Shown: piece by piece, positions 1 through 8,335 of the stretch
Layout of the letters: each line of letters starts with the position of its first letter
How positions within the stretch are numbered: the stretch's first letter is position 1
Virus record (IMG/VR): IMGVR_UViG_3300025133_000078
Origin: an uncultured virus (IMG/VR IMGVR_UViG_3300025133_000078)
Lineage: Duplodnaviria > Heunggongvirae > Uroviricota > Caudoviricetes
Direction: 5' to 3' (one strand)
Length of the DNA: 20,000 nt
Program-made: the position numbers and the translations under genes
Notes under the pieces: model-generated
Told to the model about the DNA's origin: nothing
Databases searched by the model: none
The model's input: only the letters and a program-made list of their open reading frames with translations

Positions 1-474
1 GCTATCACTGGAAAATCACTCTCAATCACTCCACAAGGCGAAGCAAAGTGCGTTGTCCAGAATACATCAAGAGTGAGAACATTTGTGACAGCACACAAGA
101 TGTACAAGATTGGCGGAATGAAGAACGTAACAACTCTTGGCGAAGGAATCACCGATCCACTCGCTGTCAATTACCACAAGTTTCTAGAAGAAGGCGGATT
201 CGCTAAGAAAGAAAGCCTTCTTGAAGATATCGACCACTTGCCGCCGGATCAAAAAGAAGAACTTATCGCCGCATGGAAAGCTGTCCAAGGCGCCAAAAAA
301 GCCGTGCATCGACTTGATCAAGAAATAAGTGATTTCGCCAACGCGCCTCACGCCCGGGGCTATGTGGGTGACCACGGCCCGGGCCCAGATCGTGTCGAAT
401 GGAGGAGAGCCAAAGAGGAATTGGAGGTTCGCAAGCAGAATTTCAAGGATCTCAAAAAGAAATTAAATATTTAA
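1..474 (+). CDS. Hypothetical phage protein, 5'-truncated by the window edge
   Basis: Frame 1 is open from base 1 (AITGKSLSITPQGEAKCVVQNTSRVRTFV...) to TAA at 472-474, so the GTG at 73 in the ORF track is probably internal. Lies directly upstream of the terminase; function not recognised. Confidence 0.7.
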   Translation, partial: AITGKSLSITPQGEAKCVVQNTSRVRTFVTAHKMYKIGGMKNVTTLGEGITDPLAVNYHKFLEEGGFAKKESLLEDIDHLPPDQKEELIAAWKAVQGAKKAVHRLDQEISDFANAPHARGYVGDHGPGPDRVEWRRAKEELEVRKQNFKDLKKKLNI

Positions 475-495
475 GAGGCTCTAGAAGAATAAAAA

Positions 496-2085
496 ATGTC
501 ATACACACTCTCCAAAAAGGAAATAGTAGCAGAAATACTAAAGTGTGGAAAAGATCCGATCTACTTCGTAAATAATTACGCAAGAATCTCACACCCGATC
601 AAAGGTCTTATTCCATTTAAGACTTATGACTATCAGGCTGACCTTTTAACAGATTTTAATGATTACCGCTTTAATGTAATCCTCAAAGCACGCCAGTTGG
701 GCATCTCAACTATTGCTGCTGGCTATATTGTTTGGATGATGCTGTTTCATAGAGACAAGAACATCCTCGTTATGGCCACAAAATTCAAAACAGCGGCTAA
801 TCTTGTCAAAAAAGTCAAGGCAATTATGAAAAATGTCCCAGACTTTCTTCTTATCGCCAATATATCAATTGATAATAGAGCATCTTTCGAACTTTCCAAC
901 GGATCCCAAATTCAAGCAGCTTCAACTTCTGGCGATGCTGGTCGTTCCGAGGCGCTTTCTCTTTTGGTGATCGACGAGGCCGCCCATGTTGAGAATTTGG
1001 ACGAGCTTTGGGCAGGATTATATCCTACGATTTCAACTGGTGGTCGAGTGATCGCTCTTTCTACTCCAAATGGTGTTGGAAACTGGTTTCACAAGACATA
1101 TAGCGAGGCGGCGGAGGGGTCAAACGACTTTCACCCCGTTGTGCTGAATTGGGACGTCCACCCGGACCGAGATCGGGAGTGGTTTGAGAAAGAAACAAGA
1201 AATATGTCCCGACGAGAGATCGCCCAGGAGCTTGAATGCAACTTTAATACATCGGGCGAGAGCGTTATCCACCCAGATGACATTAATTGGATAGAGGGTC
1301 TGGTCTGTGATCCCAAATACAGGACCGGATTCGACAGAAATACTTGGATCTGGGAAGAATATGATCCGCAATGTTCTTATCTGCTGGTCGCGGACGTTGC
1401 AAGAGGCGACGGAGCCGACTATTCTGTGTTTCATATTATAAAATTAGAAACAATGGAGGTCATCGCAGAATATCAGGGGAAACCAAGCCTAGATATGTAT
1501 GCCAACGTCCTCATGCAAGCGGGAAAAGAATACGGAAATTGCTTATTGGTAGTGGAAAACGTTGGAATTGGAATATCTGTGCTTGAAAAGCTCATTGATT
1601 TGGAATATTCCAACTTATATTACTCCGTAAAAAGCACACACGAGTTTGTGGAAAGTCACCAGGGCGAGAGAATGGGCAGTGCGGTACCTGGATTTACAAC
1701 TTCTTTAAAAACAAGGCCCCTTATTGTGGCAAAATTGGAAGAATTCATCAGAAACAAACTAATTAAAGTGTATTCAGTTCGTTTTTCTAACGAATTGCGC
1801 ACTTTTATCTGGTATAACGGTAAACCTCAAGCAATGAGGGGATATAATGATGACTTAATAATGTCATTAGCAATAGCATGCTGGGTAAGAGACACTGCGC
1901 TAACAGTAAATAAGAGGGATATAGAATTTAAAAAAGCTTGCTTAAACTCGATGGTAGCCGTCAACACAAAAATAAACACAACAATTCCAGGAATGGAAGG
2001 ATATAATAGAAAAGAAGCCTTAGACGAAAAAATGTTCAAAGCAAAAGAAGAATATAAACAATATTCTTGGTTAATAAAAGGATAA
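496..2085 (+). CDS. terL: Terminase large subunit (T4 gp17-like)
   Basis: Adenine-binding YDYQ, Walker A KARQLGIST, Walker B LLVIDEAAH, coupling motif ALSTPNG, and RNase H-like nuclease acidic motifs ADVARGDGADYS and DDLIMS. N-terminal KCGKDPIYFVNNY is typical of T4-like TerL. Confidence 0.96.
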   Translation: MSYTLSKKEIVAEILKCGKDPIYFVNNYARISHPIKGLIPFKTYDYQADLLTDFNDYRFNVILKARQLGISTIAAGYIVWMMLFHRDKNILVMATKFKTAANLVKKVKAIMKNVPDFLLIANISIDNRASFELSNGSQIQAASTSGDAGRSEALSLLVIDEAAHVENLDELWAGLYPTISTGGRVIALSTPNGVGNWFHKTYSEAAEGSNDFHPVVLNWDVHPDRDREWFEKETRNMSRREIAQELECNFNTSGESVIHPDDINWIEGLVCDPKYRTGFDRNTWIWEEYDPQCSYLLVADVARGDGADYSVFHIIKLETMEVIAEYQGKPSLDMYANVLMQAGKEYGNCLLVVENVGIGISVLEKLIDLEYSNLYYSVKSTHEFVESHQGERMGSAVPGFTTSLKTRPLIVAKLEEFIRNKLIKVYSVRFSNELRTFIWYNGKPQAMRGYNDDLIMSLAIACWVRDTALTVNKRDIEFKKACLNSMVAVNTKINTTIPGMEGYNRKEALDEKMFKAKEEYKQYSWLIKG

Positions 2086-2088
2086 ATA

Positions 2089-4044
2089 ATGGCCGATAAT
2101 AAGAAAAACCCAAATAATCCACAATCTGAGTTATTTAGAAGATTAACTAGGTTGTTCTCGGGCCCAATTGTAAATTGGCGCACTCAGATGAATCGAAAGA
2201 TTCGCAGAACAGCACTAGACAAATATTCATCAGATTTTAGGTCGGCTTCTGGCCAACAATTCAAGAGATCTGAGTATAGTCCGTTTGATATTATGCATTC
2301 GAAGATCATGGCGCAGCAAAATCGTGCTGAACGCTATGTTGATTACGAACAAATGGAGTATATGCCCGAAATTGCCTCGGCAATGGACATTTATGCCGAC
2401 GAAATGACAACACATACGGCCCTAACTCCCATGTTGACAATTGATTGTCCCAACGAGGAGATCAAATCAATTCTTCAGTCACTTTATACAAATATTTTAA
2501 ATCTTGAGCACAACCTTTTTGGTTGGTGCCGCTCAATGTGCAAGTTCGGAGATTTTATTCTCTACATGGACCTTGATGAGAGGCTTGGGGTCAAATCCGT
2601 CATTCCCCTTCCCCTCAAAGAGGTCGAACGACTTGAGGGAGAAGACCCTTCAAACCCAAATTATGTCCAATATCAATGGAATTCCGGTGGAATGACCTTC
2701 GAAAATTGGCAAGTTGCCCACTTTAGGGTGCTCGGCAACGATAAATACGCCCCATACGGAACATCGGTTCTTGAATCTGGACGTCGTATCTGGCGCCAGC
2801 TTGTTTTGATGGAAGATGCCATGATGGCTTACCGTATTGTGCGTTCCGCAGAAAGAAGGGTGTTCTATATCGACGTTGGCAACATTGCTCCACAAGATGT
2901 AGAAACATTCGTTCAGAAAACGATCACATCTATGAAGAGAAATCAGGTCGTTAACGCAGACACTGGCCGCGTTGATTTGAGATATAACCCCCTTTCCGTG
3001 GAAGAAGATTATTTCATCCCAGTCCGGGGAGGGGAATCCTCCAAAATTGAAACTCTCCAGGGTGGACAGTTTACAGGCGATATTGACGATGTTAAATACC
3101 TTCGCGATAAGATGTTCGCAGCCTTAAAAATTCCAACAGCTTATTTGTCAAGTGATTCGGAAGCAAATGAGGATAAAACTACACTATCCCAGAAAGATGT
3201 CCGTTTTTCGAGAACTATCCAGCGACTACAGCGCGCCGTTGTCTCAGAGCTTGAGAAAATCGGGATTGTTCACTTATATACCCTCGGTTTCCGTGGCGAT
3301 GACCTTGTTAGTTTCAAATTGAAACTAAACAATCCATCAAAAATCGCAGAAATGCAAGAATTGGAGCACTGGAAGATCAAGTTCGACATTGCGGGCGGAG
3401 CCACAGAGAATTTCTTCAGCCGTCGTTGGATCGCCCAGAACCTCTTCAACCTTTCAGAAGAGGAGTTTGTCAGAAATCAGAGAGAAATGTTCCACGATAG
3501 GAAATTCGAAGCAGAGCTTAACGCCGCTGCGGAAGCAGCCGGCGAAGAGGCCTCTGGAGGGATGGGTGATCTTGGTGGCGAACTCGGAGGAGATGATCTC
3601 GGCGGAGATCTAGATCTCGGCGGAGATCTCGGCGGAGATCTTGGAGGTGAAGATCTTGGAGGTGAAGAGGCGGAAGGCGACGAAGGTCCACTCCTGGCTG
3701 CACCAGCAAAAAGAGACGACAGAGACAGAAAGCACACCGAGAAATCTCGCTCGAAGCGCGCCAAAGGAAAAATGTATGTTTCTAAGAAACATCGCGGCGG
3801 GGACAGTAGGTCCGGTCGCCAACACAACTATTCCGCCATGGCAAACCCAAAGCCAAAGGATATCACCCCGGGAATGTCTAATATAATGGGCCTTTCTCGT
3901 GGTATTTACGAAGTTCAGGCGCCTATTTATAGCGAGGAAGAATCACTATTGTTCGAGGCAAAGTCAGAAATTCGTGATTTAATTACAGAATTGGAAAATT
4001 CGGAGATTCAAATAGATGAAGATGAAACACAACAAAAAGCGTAA
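2089..4044 (+). CDS. gp20: Portal vertex protein (T4 gp20-like) with long C-terminal extension
   Basis: Motifs MEYMPEIASAMDIYADE, WRQLVLMEDAMMAYRIVRSAERRVFYIDVGN, EEDYFIPVRGG, IETLQGG and DDVKYLRDKMFAALKIP match the T4-type portal family; follows TerL. Confidence 0.96.
   Translation: MADNKKNPNNPQSELFRRLTRLFSGPIVNWRTQMNRKIRRTALDKYSSDFRSASGQQFKRSEYSPFDIMHSKIMAQQNRAERYVDYEQMEYMPEIASAMDIYADEMTTHTALTPMLTIDCPNEEIKSILQSLYTNILNLEHNLFGWCRSMCKFGDFILYMDLDERLGVKSVIPLPLKEVERLEGEDPSNPNYVQYQWNSGGMTFENWQVAHFRVLGNDKYAPYGTSVLESGRRIWRQLVLMEDAMMAYRIVRSAERRVFYIDVGNIAPQDVETFVQKTITSMKRNQVVNADTGRVDLRYNPLSVEEDYFIPVRGGESSKIETLQGGQFTGDIDDVKYLRDKMFAALKIPTAYLSSDSEANEDKTTLSQKDVRFSRTIQRLQRAVVSELEKIGIVHLYTLGFRGDDLVSFKLKLNNPSKIAEMQELEHWKIKFDIAGGATENFFSRRWIAQNLFNLSEEEFVRNQREMFHDRKFEAELNAAAEAAGEEASGGMGDLGGELGGDDLGGDLDLGGDLGGDLGGEDLGGEEAEGDEGPLLAAPAKRDDRDRKHTEKSRSKRAKGKMYVSKKHRGGDSRSGRQHNYSAMANPKPKDITPGMSNIMGLSRGIYEVQAPIYSEEESLLFEAKSEIRDLITELENSEIQIDEDETQQKA
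3568..3669 (+). repeat. Imperfect tandem GATCT(C/T)GG(C/A/T)GG(A/T/C) coding repeat (DLGG/GGDL) in the portal tail
   Basis: About 7 degenerate 12-18 nt units, e.g. gatctcggcgga x3 and gatcttggaggtgaa x2, encoding DLGGELGGDDLGGDLDLGGDLGGDLGGEDLGGEE. Confidence 0.85.
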
Positions 4045-4840
4045 CACAGCTTTTATTTTTGAAGCGTTAATAAGAGAACTAACAAGGGCTATCGTCGCAA
4101 AAGATGGCAAGAAAAAGAAACTTATCGTTAGGTTGGTGAGAGAAAATTTTAAAGGATCCTCTGTTTTAGCAAAAGATCTAGATCTTTATAAGGCAATATT
4201 GGAAACAAGGGATTTGGATCGTCATACTGCTGAAAAGCTTGTTTTTGAAGCCAGAATGAGAAAGAAAACGATTGATGAGGGGGAGCTGTTCACCGAACAG
4301 ACGGAGATTATTGATACTATCAACAAGACTGTCTCTCCGAGTGTTTTTTCCAATTTTATTCCAAACTACCGCGACGTCGCTACTGTCTATCAGATTTTTG
4401 ATTATCGCACCAAGACAAAACACAGAGTTTTACTTGAAAAACAAATTATTGACCGTATGACATCGACTAAAAAGACCGACCCACCCGCCATGAAGCCGGT
4501 CGATAACTTGACATATAAGACGTTTGTCAAGAAATTCAACGAGAAATACAGCAGCGAACTCTTATCAGAACAAAAAAGTCTCCTGAGCCACTATATTGGC
4601 TCTTTCGCAGACAATGGTATCGAATTAAAAGTATTCTTAAACGAAGAAATTTCCAGATTGAGGGAGAAACTTCAAAAATCACTAAAAATGCCAGAAATTG
4701 CGAAGGATTTTCAAATGACCGAGGGTACAAAAAAAGTCCTAGAAGTTTTAGACGGCTTTTCAAAGCGCCCCATAGACAATGACTTGGTCCAAGAGATCTT
4801 AAAAATTCAGAATTTGGTGAAGGAGACCGAAAGTCGATGA
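4016..4840 (+). CDS. Hypothetical phage head-cluster protein (helical, 274 aa)
   Basis: Long ORF overlapping the portal 3' end and ATGA-coupled to the next gene; begins MKMKHNKKRNTAFIFEAL. Function unknown. Confidence 0.75.
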   Translation: MKMKHNKKRNTAFIFEALIRELTRAIVAKDGKKKKLIVRLVRENFKGSSVLAKDLDLYKAILETRDLDRHTAEKLVFEARMRKKTIDEGELFTEQTEIIDTINKTVSPSVFSNFIPNYRDVATVYQIFDYRTKTKHRVLLEKQIIDRMTSTKKTDPPAMKPVDNLTYKTFVKKFNEKYSSELLSEQKSLLSHYIGSFADNGIELKVFLNEEISRLREKLQKSLKMPEIAKDFQMTEGTKKVLEVLDGFSKRPIDNDLVQEILKIQNLVKETESR

Positions 4841-5379
4841 TTTCAGTAAAAGTTCATAAACAAAGAGAATTAATCAAGCTTGAATTGAAGGCAAGAAAGT
4901 CTTTGGACGGCAATATTCTTATTTTCGACCACAAAGAGATCGATATTGTTATAATGCCAGAAAAAAACAAAGTTGTGACTTTTGCAAAAGATGATTATTC
5001 TGAAACAATCTACCATGTTCAAGACAGATTTTTTGAATACCTAAAAAGAAAGGGTATTGTAACCTACGAATCGGTCAGGGGTGGCAATGTATATGGATCA
5101 ATTGAGGGCATCATAGCAGAATCAAAAGACCCGGATATTAACGTTCTTGACTACACAATTTATAATGTTTATAAATTTTTGAAAGAAGAGGGCCCCCGAT
5201 ACGACTATATCGAAGATTATGAGCAAATGCTTGACGATTATTATACAGAACCAACAGGCGAAGACTCAACGGAACTTGGAGAAGTTCCCCAATCATCAGA
5301 GAAGGGCTCAATTCGCCCCGGATACAATTATGCTCCATATTGGATGAGCTACATGCTTGAAGAGGAAAAGAAAAAATGA
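4837..5379 (+). CDS. Hypothetical phage protein (180 aa)
   Basis: ATGA overlaps with the neighbours on both sides; no family recognised. Confidence 0.7.
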   Translation: MISVKVHKQRELIKLELKARKSLDGNILIFDHKEIDIVIMPEKNKVVTFAKDDYSETIYHVQDRFFEYLKRKGIVTYESVRGGNVYGSIEGIIAESKDPDINVLDYTIYNVYKFLKEEGPRYDYIEDYEQMLDDYYTEPTGEDSTELGEVPQSSEKGSIRPGYNYAPYWMSYMLEEEKKK

Positions 5380-5678
5380 AACTTACAAAAAATCAATTAA
5401 GAAAGATTATCAAAGAGGAGCTATCCGAGATGGCATCGCTATCAGATGAAAGCTCCCTAGAAAAAGCAAAGTATAATCACTTTATGGGCGCCCATGAACA
5501 AGCGGCAGCGGCCGCCGTCGGTTTTGAAGAACTAGCGAGACAAGATGAAACAGGCCTGATGTATGATATTCAGAGAAAGTACATTGATTTATTCAAATCC
5601 GGCGGTAATGAATTCGGAGATCTCGGCCCCCTTGCAATCATCGCGATTGCATATGCATACGCGTCAGTAAACAACTAG
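5376..5678 (+). CDS. Small hypothetical protein, candidate internal head protein (N-terminus MKLTKNQLRKIIKEE)
   Basis: ATGA-coupled, in the head cluster; amphipathic basic leader ending in I-K-E. Confidence 0.6.
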   Translation: MKLTKNQLRKIIKEELSEMASLSDESSLEKAKYNHFMGAHEQAAAAAVGFEELARQDETGLMYDIQRKYIDLFKSGGNEFGDLGPLAIIAIAYAYASVNN

Positions 5679-5688
5679 AGAGATAAAT

Positions 5689-5985
5689 TTGTCCCTCCTA
5701 TATTTTATTTTAGCTGCCTACGGCTTAACTCAATTAATCTGCTATGGCAAGATCTTCGAGAAGATAAGGCCCGATGGTTATTTTTGGACCTGTCCTATGT
5801 GTATAGGATTTTGGGTTGGTGTCTTTTTATGCGGCGTTAATCCCTTTACGGAACTATTTACTTATGAACTAACCCCCGTTAATTTTTTAATTTGCGGTTG
5901 GATAAGTTCAGGGACATCATATATATTAAACATGGTCTTTGGCGACTGTGGCATCAAAATAAACCATAAAGAGGGAGGTGATTAA
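5689..5985 (+). CDS. Small membrane protein with CPMC motif (DUF1360-like)
   Basis: TTG start after AGAGAGA; about 3 hydrophobic segments. CPMCIGFWVG resembles the CPxCxxxW signature of DUF1360-like proteins. Confidence 0.55.
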   Translation: MSLLYFILAAYGLTQLICYGKIFEKIRPDGYFWTCPMCIGFWVGVFLCGVNPFTELFTYELTPVNFLICGWISSGTSYILNMVFGDCGIKINHKEGGD

Positions 5986-6039
5986 ATGCTTAAAAGATAT
6001 ATGCTTCAAGGAGTCCGCCGTTGCAAAAGCGGTTGTTGA
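5986..6039 (+). CDS. Putative 17-aa microprotein MLKRYMLQGVRRCKSGC
   Basis: ATG at 5986 preceded by GGAGGTGAT (5974-5982), an extended match to the anti-SD; TGA at 6037-6039; fills the gap before gp21. Confidence 0.5.
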   Translation: MLKRYMLQGVRRCKSGC

Positions 6040-6061
6040 CTACTTTTAAAGAGGAAAGAAA

Positions 6062-6679
6062 ATGAGTAAAGTTTTATTGAGAGAATACTATGCCCTCTGC
6101 GAGGGCGGCGTTTGCCAAGACTTATTGACAGAAGCCGAAAAAATCGATGTGCAGGTAAATAATGCCATGTATCTTACTGGGTTGATGCAACAAGCGGACA
6201 CCCAAAATGGAAATGGAAGAGTTTACCCGCACAAGGTACTCATGAGAGAGATGAAAACATACCAGAAGCTCGTCAAAGAAAAGCGAGCCTTGGGCGAACT
6301 TGATCACCCAGACGATTCTGTCATTAATCTTAAAAACGCAAGCCACATGGTTACAAACATCTGGGCCGACGGCCCAAAAGTCATGGGAACTGTTAAAGTT
6401 CTAAATACTCCCGCCGGAGGAATCCTTCGTTCCCTCGTTGAATCGGGCGTCCAGCTTGGCATTTCCTCACGCGGCCTAGGTTCGGTCAGTGAAAGTATGC
6501 AGGGCGGTGTCGTCGTTGAAGACGACTTCCAACTCATCTGTTTCGACTTCGTCTCTGAGCCAAGCACACCAAACGCCTTTATGAATTTGCAAGAAGGCAA
6601 ACAATACAAAGAGCCAAACATTTTTACCAAAGCCGATAGAATTAATCGAGCTTTGAATAGCATCTTAGGAGATAAATAA
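6062..6679 (+). CDS. gp21: Prohead core protease (T4 gp21-like)
   Basis: NGNGRVYP, ALGELDHP, ASHMVT, LGISSRGLGSV (catalytic Ser region) and FDFVSEPSTPNA. Confidence 0.95.
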   Translation: MSKVLLREYYALCEGGVCQDLLTEAEKIDVQVNNAMYLTGLMQQADTQNGNGRVYPHKVLMREMKTYQKLVKEKRALGELDHPDDSVINLKNASHMVTNIWADGPKVMGTVKVLNTPAGGILRSLVESGVQLGISSRGLGSVSESMQGGVVVEDDFQLICFDFVSEPSTPNAFMNLQEGKQYKEPNIFTKADRINRALNSILGDK

Positions 6680-6680
6680 A

Positions 6681-7058
6681 ATGAGCAAGAAGTGGGCAAG
6701 CAATAAGAGTGATCAACTTCTCGTTGAGAATTTTAGAAAATTTATGAAAGAAGGGGAGTTTTCGCCAGTTACGGAAGCGAAGGTGAAAGACTTCATTCTC
6801 GGCGGAGAAATGGAAAAAAGAAAATATAGCAGCATTCCGGTCTATGTTCTTAAAAGAATACTAAGTATACACCCCGAACTTAGAGAAAAAGCAACAAACT
6901 CCGCAGATGTCAAAGGCCAAAGGGAGGCTTTTGAAGAAATAGCCCAACTAATGAATGACTTCGACGAAATAAAAGGCCACCTTAAAGGGGTAGAATTGAA
7001 AGATATAGTGAACTTGCCAGGATTTTTACAATATGCAGAAGGACAAGGCCTCCTTTAA
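6681..7058 (+). CDS. Hypothetical protein (125 aa), candidate internal head protein
   Basis: SD AGGAG upstream; N-terminus QLLVENFRKFMKE...VTE carries hydrophobic-x-E sites. Confidence 0.6.
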   Translation: MSKKWASNKSDQLLVENFRKFMKEGEFSPVTEAKVKDFILGGEMEKRKYSSIPVYVLKRILSIHPELREKATNSADVKGQREAFEEIAQLMNDFDEIKGHLKGVELKDIVNLPGFLQYAEGQGLL

Positions 7059-7484
7059 ATGAAAAAACAAGAACTACAAAAAATTTTAAAACCCCTCATA
7101 AAGCAATGCATCAAAGAAGTAATCTTTGAAGATGGTGTCCTATCTGGGATAATCTCCGAGGTTGTCCAAGGAATGGGTCAACAAAGAATTGTTGAAACAA
7201 TTGAAACAAAAGATCCAGCGCCAGACTTCTCAAGAAGTCAACGCATCGAACTCCAAGAAGCATCGAGACTTCAGATGGAAGAGAAGAAAAGAAAATTAGA
7301 AGAGTCGATGGGCGGAGGATTCAAGGGCATTTTTGAAAATGTAGAACCTATTTCACAAGCAGGATCTCCGGGCCAAAAAACAAGCAATAGCCCTCTATCT
7401 AATTACGCCCCAGATGACGCGGGCGTCGATATTAGCGGAATTATGGCCCTTGGCGGTGGAAAGAACTGGAAAAACATGATTTAG
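7059..7484 (+). CDS. Hypothetical head-cluster protein (141 aa)
   Basis: TAA-ATG abutting the previous gene; N-terminus MKKQELQKILKPLIKQCIKEVIFE. Confidence 0.65.
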   Translation: MKKQELQKILKPLIKQCIKEVIFEDGVLSGIISEVVQGMGQQRIVETIETKDPAPDFSRSQRIELQEASRLQMEEKKRKLEESMGGGFKGIFENVEPISQAGSPGQKTSNSPLSNYAPDDAGVDISGIMALGGGKNWKNMI

Positions 7485-7497
7485 TTTGTCTTTTCTG

Positions 7498-7508
7498 ACT
7501 ATTTATAG
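7498..7508 (+). promoter_or_regulatory. Candidate late promoter motif ACTATTTATAG upstream of bS21
   Basis: An identical 11-mer occurs at 7812-7822; variants occur before other late genes. Confidence 0.6.
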
Positions 7509-7526
7509 AAGACAAGTGGAGATAAA

Positions 7527-7799
7527 ATGTCAAAACGCCCAGTTAATGTATCGGTAAGGCCAAAAGGCAAGTACGATAATGCTCAGAGAATGATTAAGCG
7601 GTTTATGAAAAAACTGAAAAAATATAAAGTCTTGGAAACCTATAGGGACACCCTAAGACACGAGAAGCCTTCGGAAAAACGCCGTAAAGCGGAAAAAAGA
7701 AGGCAAAAGGTCTTGGAGAAAGCCAAGGCTGAAGAAAAGAAATATATGGAAGCTGATTTTAACGCTCTCCCGAAACCAAAGAAAAAAAGAAGAAGATAG
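7527..7799 (+). CDS. rpsU: Phage-encoded ribosomal protein bS21 (S21)
   Basis: Small, very basic. V.V....DNAQRMIKRFMKKLKKYKVLETYRDTLRHEKPSEKRRK matches the bS21 pattern (xxxRRFKR...E.R....EKPS..R.). SD GGAG upstream. Confidence 0.85.
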   Translation: MSKRPVNVSVRPKGKYDNAQRMIKRFMKKLKKYKVLETYRDTLRHEKPSEKRRKAEKRRQKVLEKAKAEEKKYMEADFNALPKPKKKRRR

Positions 7800-7811
7800 T
7801 TCAAGTAAAGA

Positions 7812-7822
7812 ACTATTTATAG
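7812..7822 (+). promoter_or_regulatory. Candidate late promoter motif ACTATTTATAG
   Basis: Intergenic, 20 nt before ATG 7843; exact repeat of 7498-7508. Confidence 0.6.
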
Positions 7823-7842
7823 TTTGAAGGAAGGAAAATAAC

Positions 7843-8241
7843 ATGTCATATTATAGAGCAGGTCTCGGAAACGCAGCGTCCTATCAAGTTTCAGGAAAGC
7901 CTTTCGCGTCCGGATCAATTGATGCATCTGGAGGCACACCCGAAAAAATCTCATTCCCAAGCGTCACTCGATGGGTTATTGTGCAAAATCATGATGAGGC
8001 CAACGATCTTGTTTGCGCATTTAGTCAAAACGGGCTCCCATCAGCCGGCGGAACTAATTTTTTCACATTTGAGAGTGCAGGCTTAAAGAATACCGTCACT
8101 GTACACTCGCAGCGACTAGAATTGAAAGTCACGGAAATGTGGTTTGAGGGATCCGACGATTTTGATGTAATTGCAGGCTTGACGGGGGTCTCGACAACAG
8201 AAATTGAAAATAACTGGTCCGGATCCGCCGGAGTTGGTTAA
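7843..8241 (+). CDS. Hypothetical beta-rich virion protein (possible capsid decoration)
   Basis: SD AAGGA; G/S/T-rich with alternating hydrophobic strands; has its own candidate late promoter; lies in the head cluster. Function inferred only. Confidence 0.55.
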   Translation: MSYYRAGLGNAASYQVSGKPFASGSIDASGGTPEKISFPSVTRWVIVQNHDEANDLVCAFSQNGLPSAGGTNFFTFESAGLKNTVTVHSQRLELKVTEMWFEGSDDFDVIAGLTGVSTTEIENNWSGSAGVG

Positions 8242-8296
8242 AATTTACACGAAACCGGCCTTATATCATAAAATTTGTCTTTTTTGATTTCGCGAA

Positions 8297-8307
8297 ACTA
8301 TTTATTT
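8297..8307 (+). promoter_or_regulatory. Candidate late promoter motif ACTATTTATTT upstream of scaffold/MCP
   Basis: Intergenic variant of the motif, about 28 nt before ATG 8336. Confidence 0.55.
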
Positions 8308-8335
8308 GTGAGTCAAATTATAAGGGAAAGCTTTC

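Noticed and set aside
3568..3669. Possible CRISPR-like array
   Set aside because: The units are 12-18 nt, adjacent with no unique spacers, and in-frame coding.
3477..3827. Minus-strand ORFs with SPPR or DLRR repeats
   Set aside because: They are antisense or alternate-frame shadows of the portal DLGG repeat.
496..4044. Introns, inteins or homing endonucleases in terminase and portal (also checked in the MCP)
   Set aside because: The ORFs are uninterrupted, and no intein termini or LAGLIDADG/HNH motifs were seen.
7770..7796. PKPKKKRRR resembles a eukaryotic nuclear localisation signal
   Set aside because: The context is a bacteriophage with SD-led genes, and basic tails are expected on ribosomal proteins.
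8288..8297. Perfect 10-bp palindrome TTTCGCGAAA next to the scaffold promoter motif
   Set aside because: It is a single occurrence, and 10-bp palindromes arise by chance many times in 20 kb.
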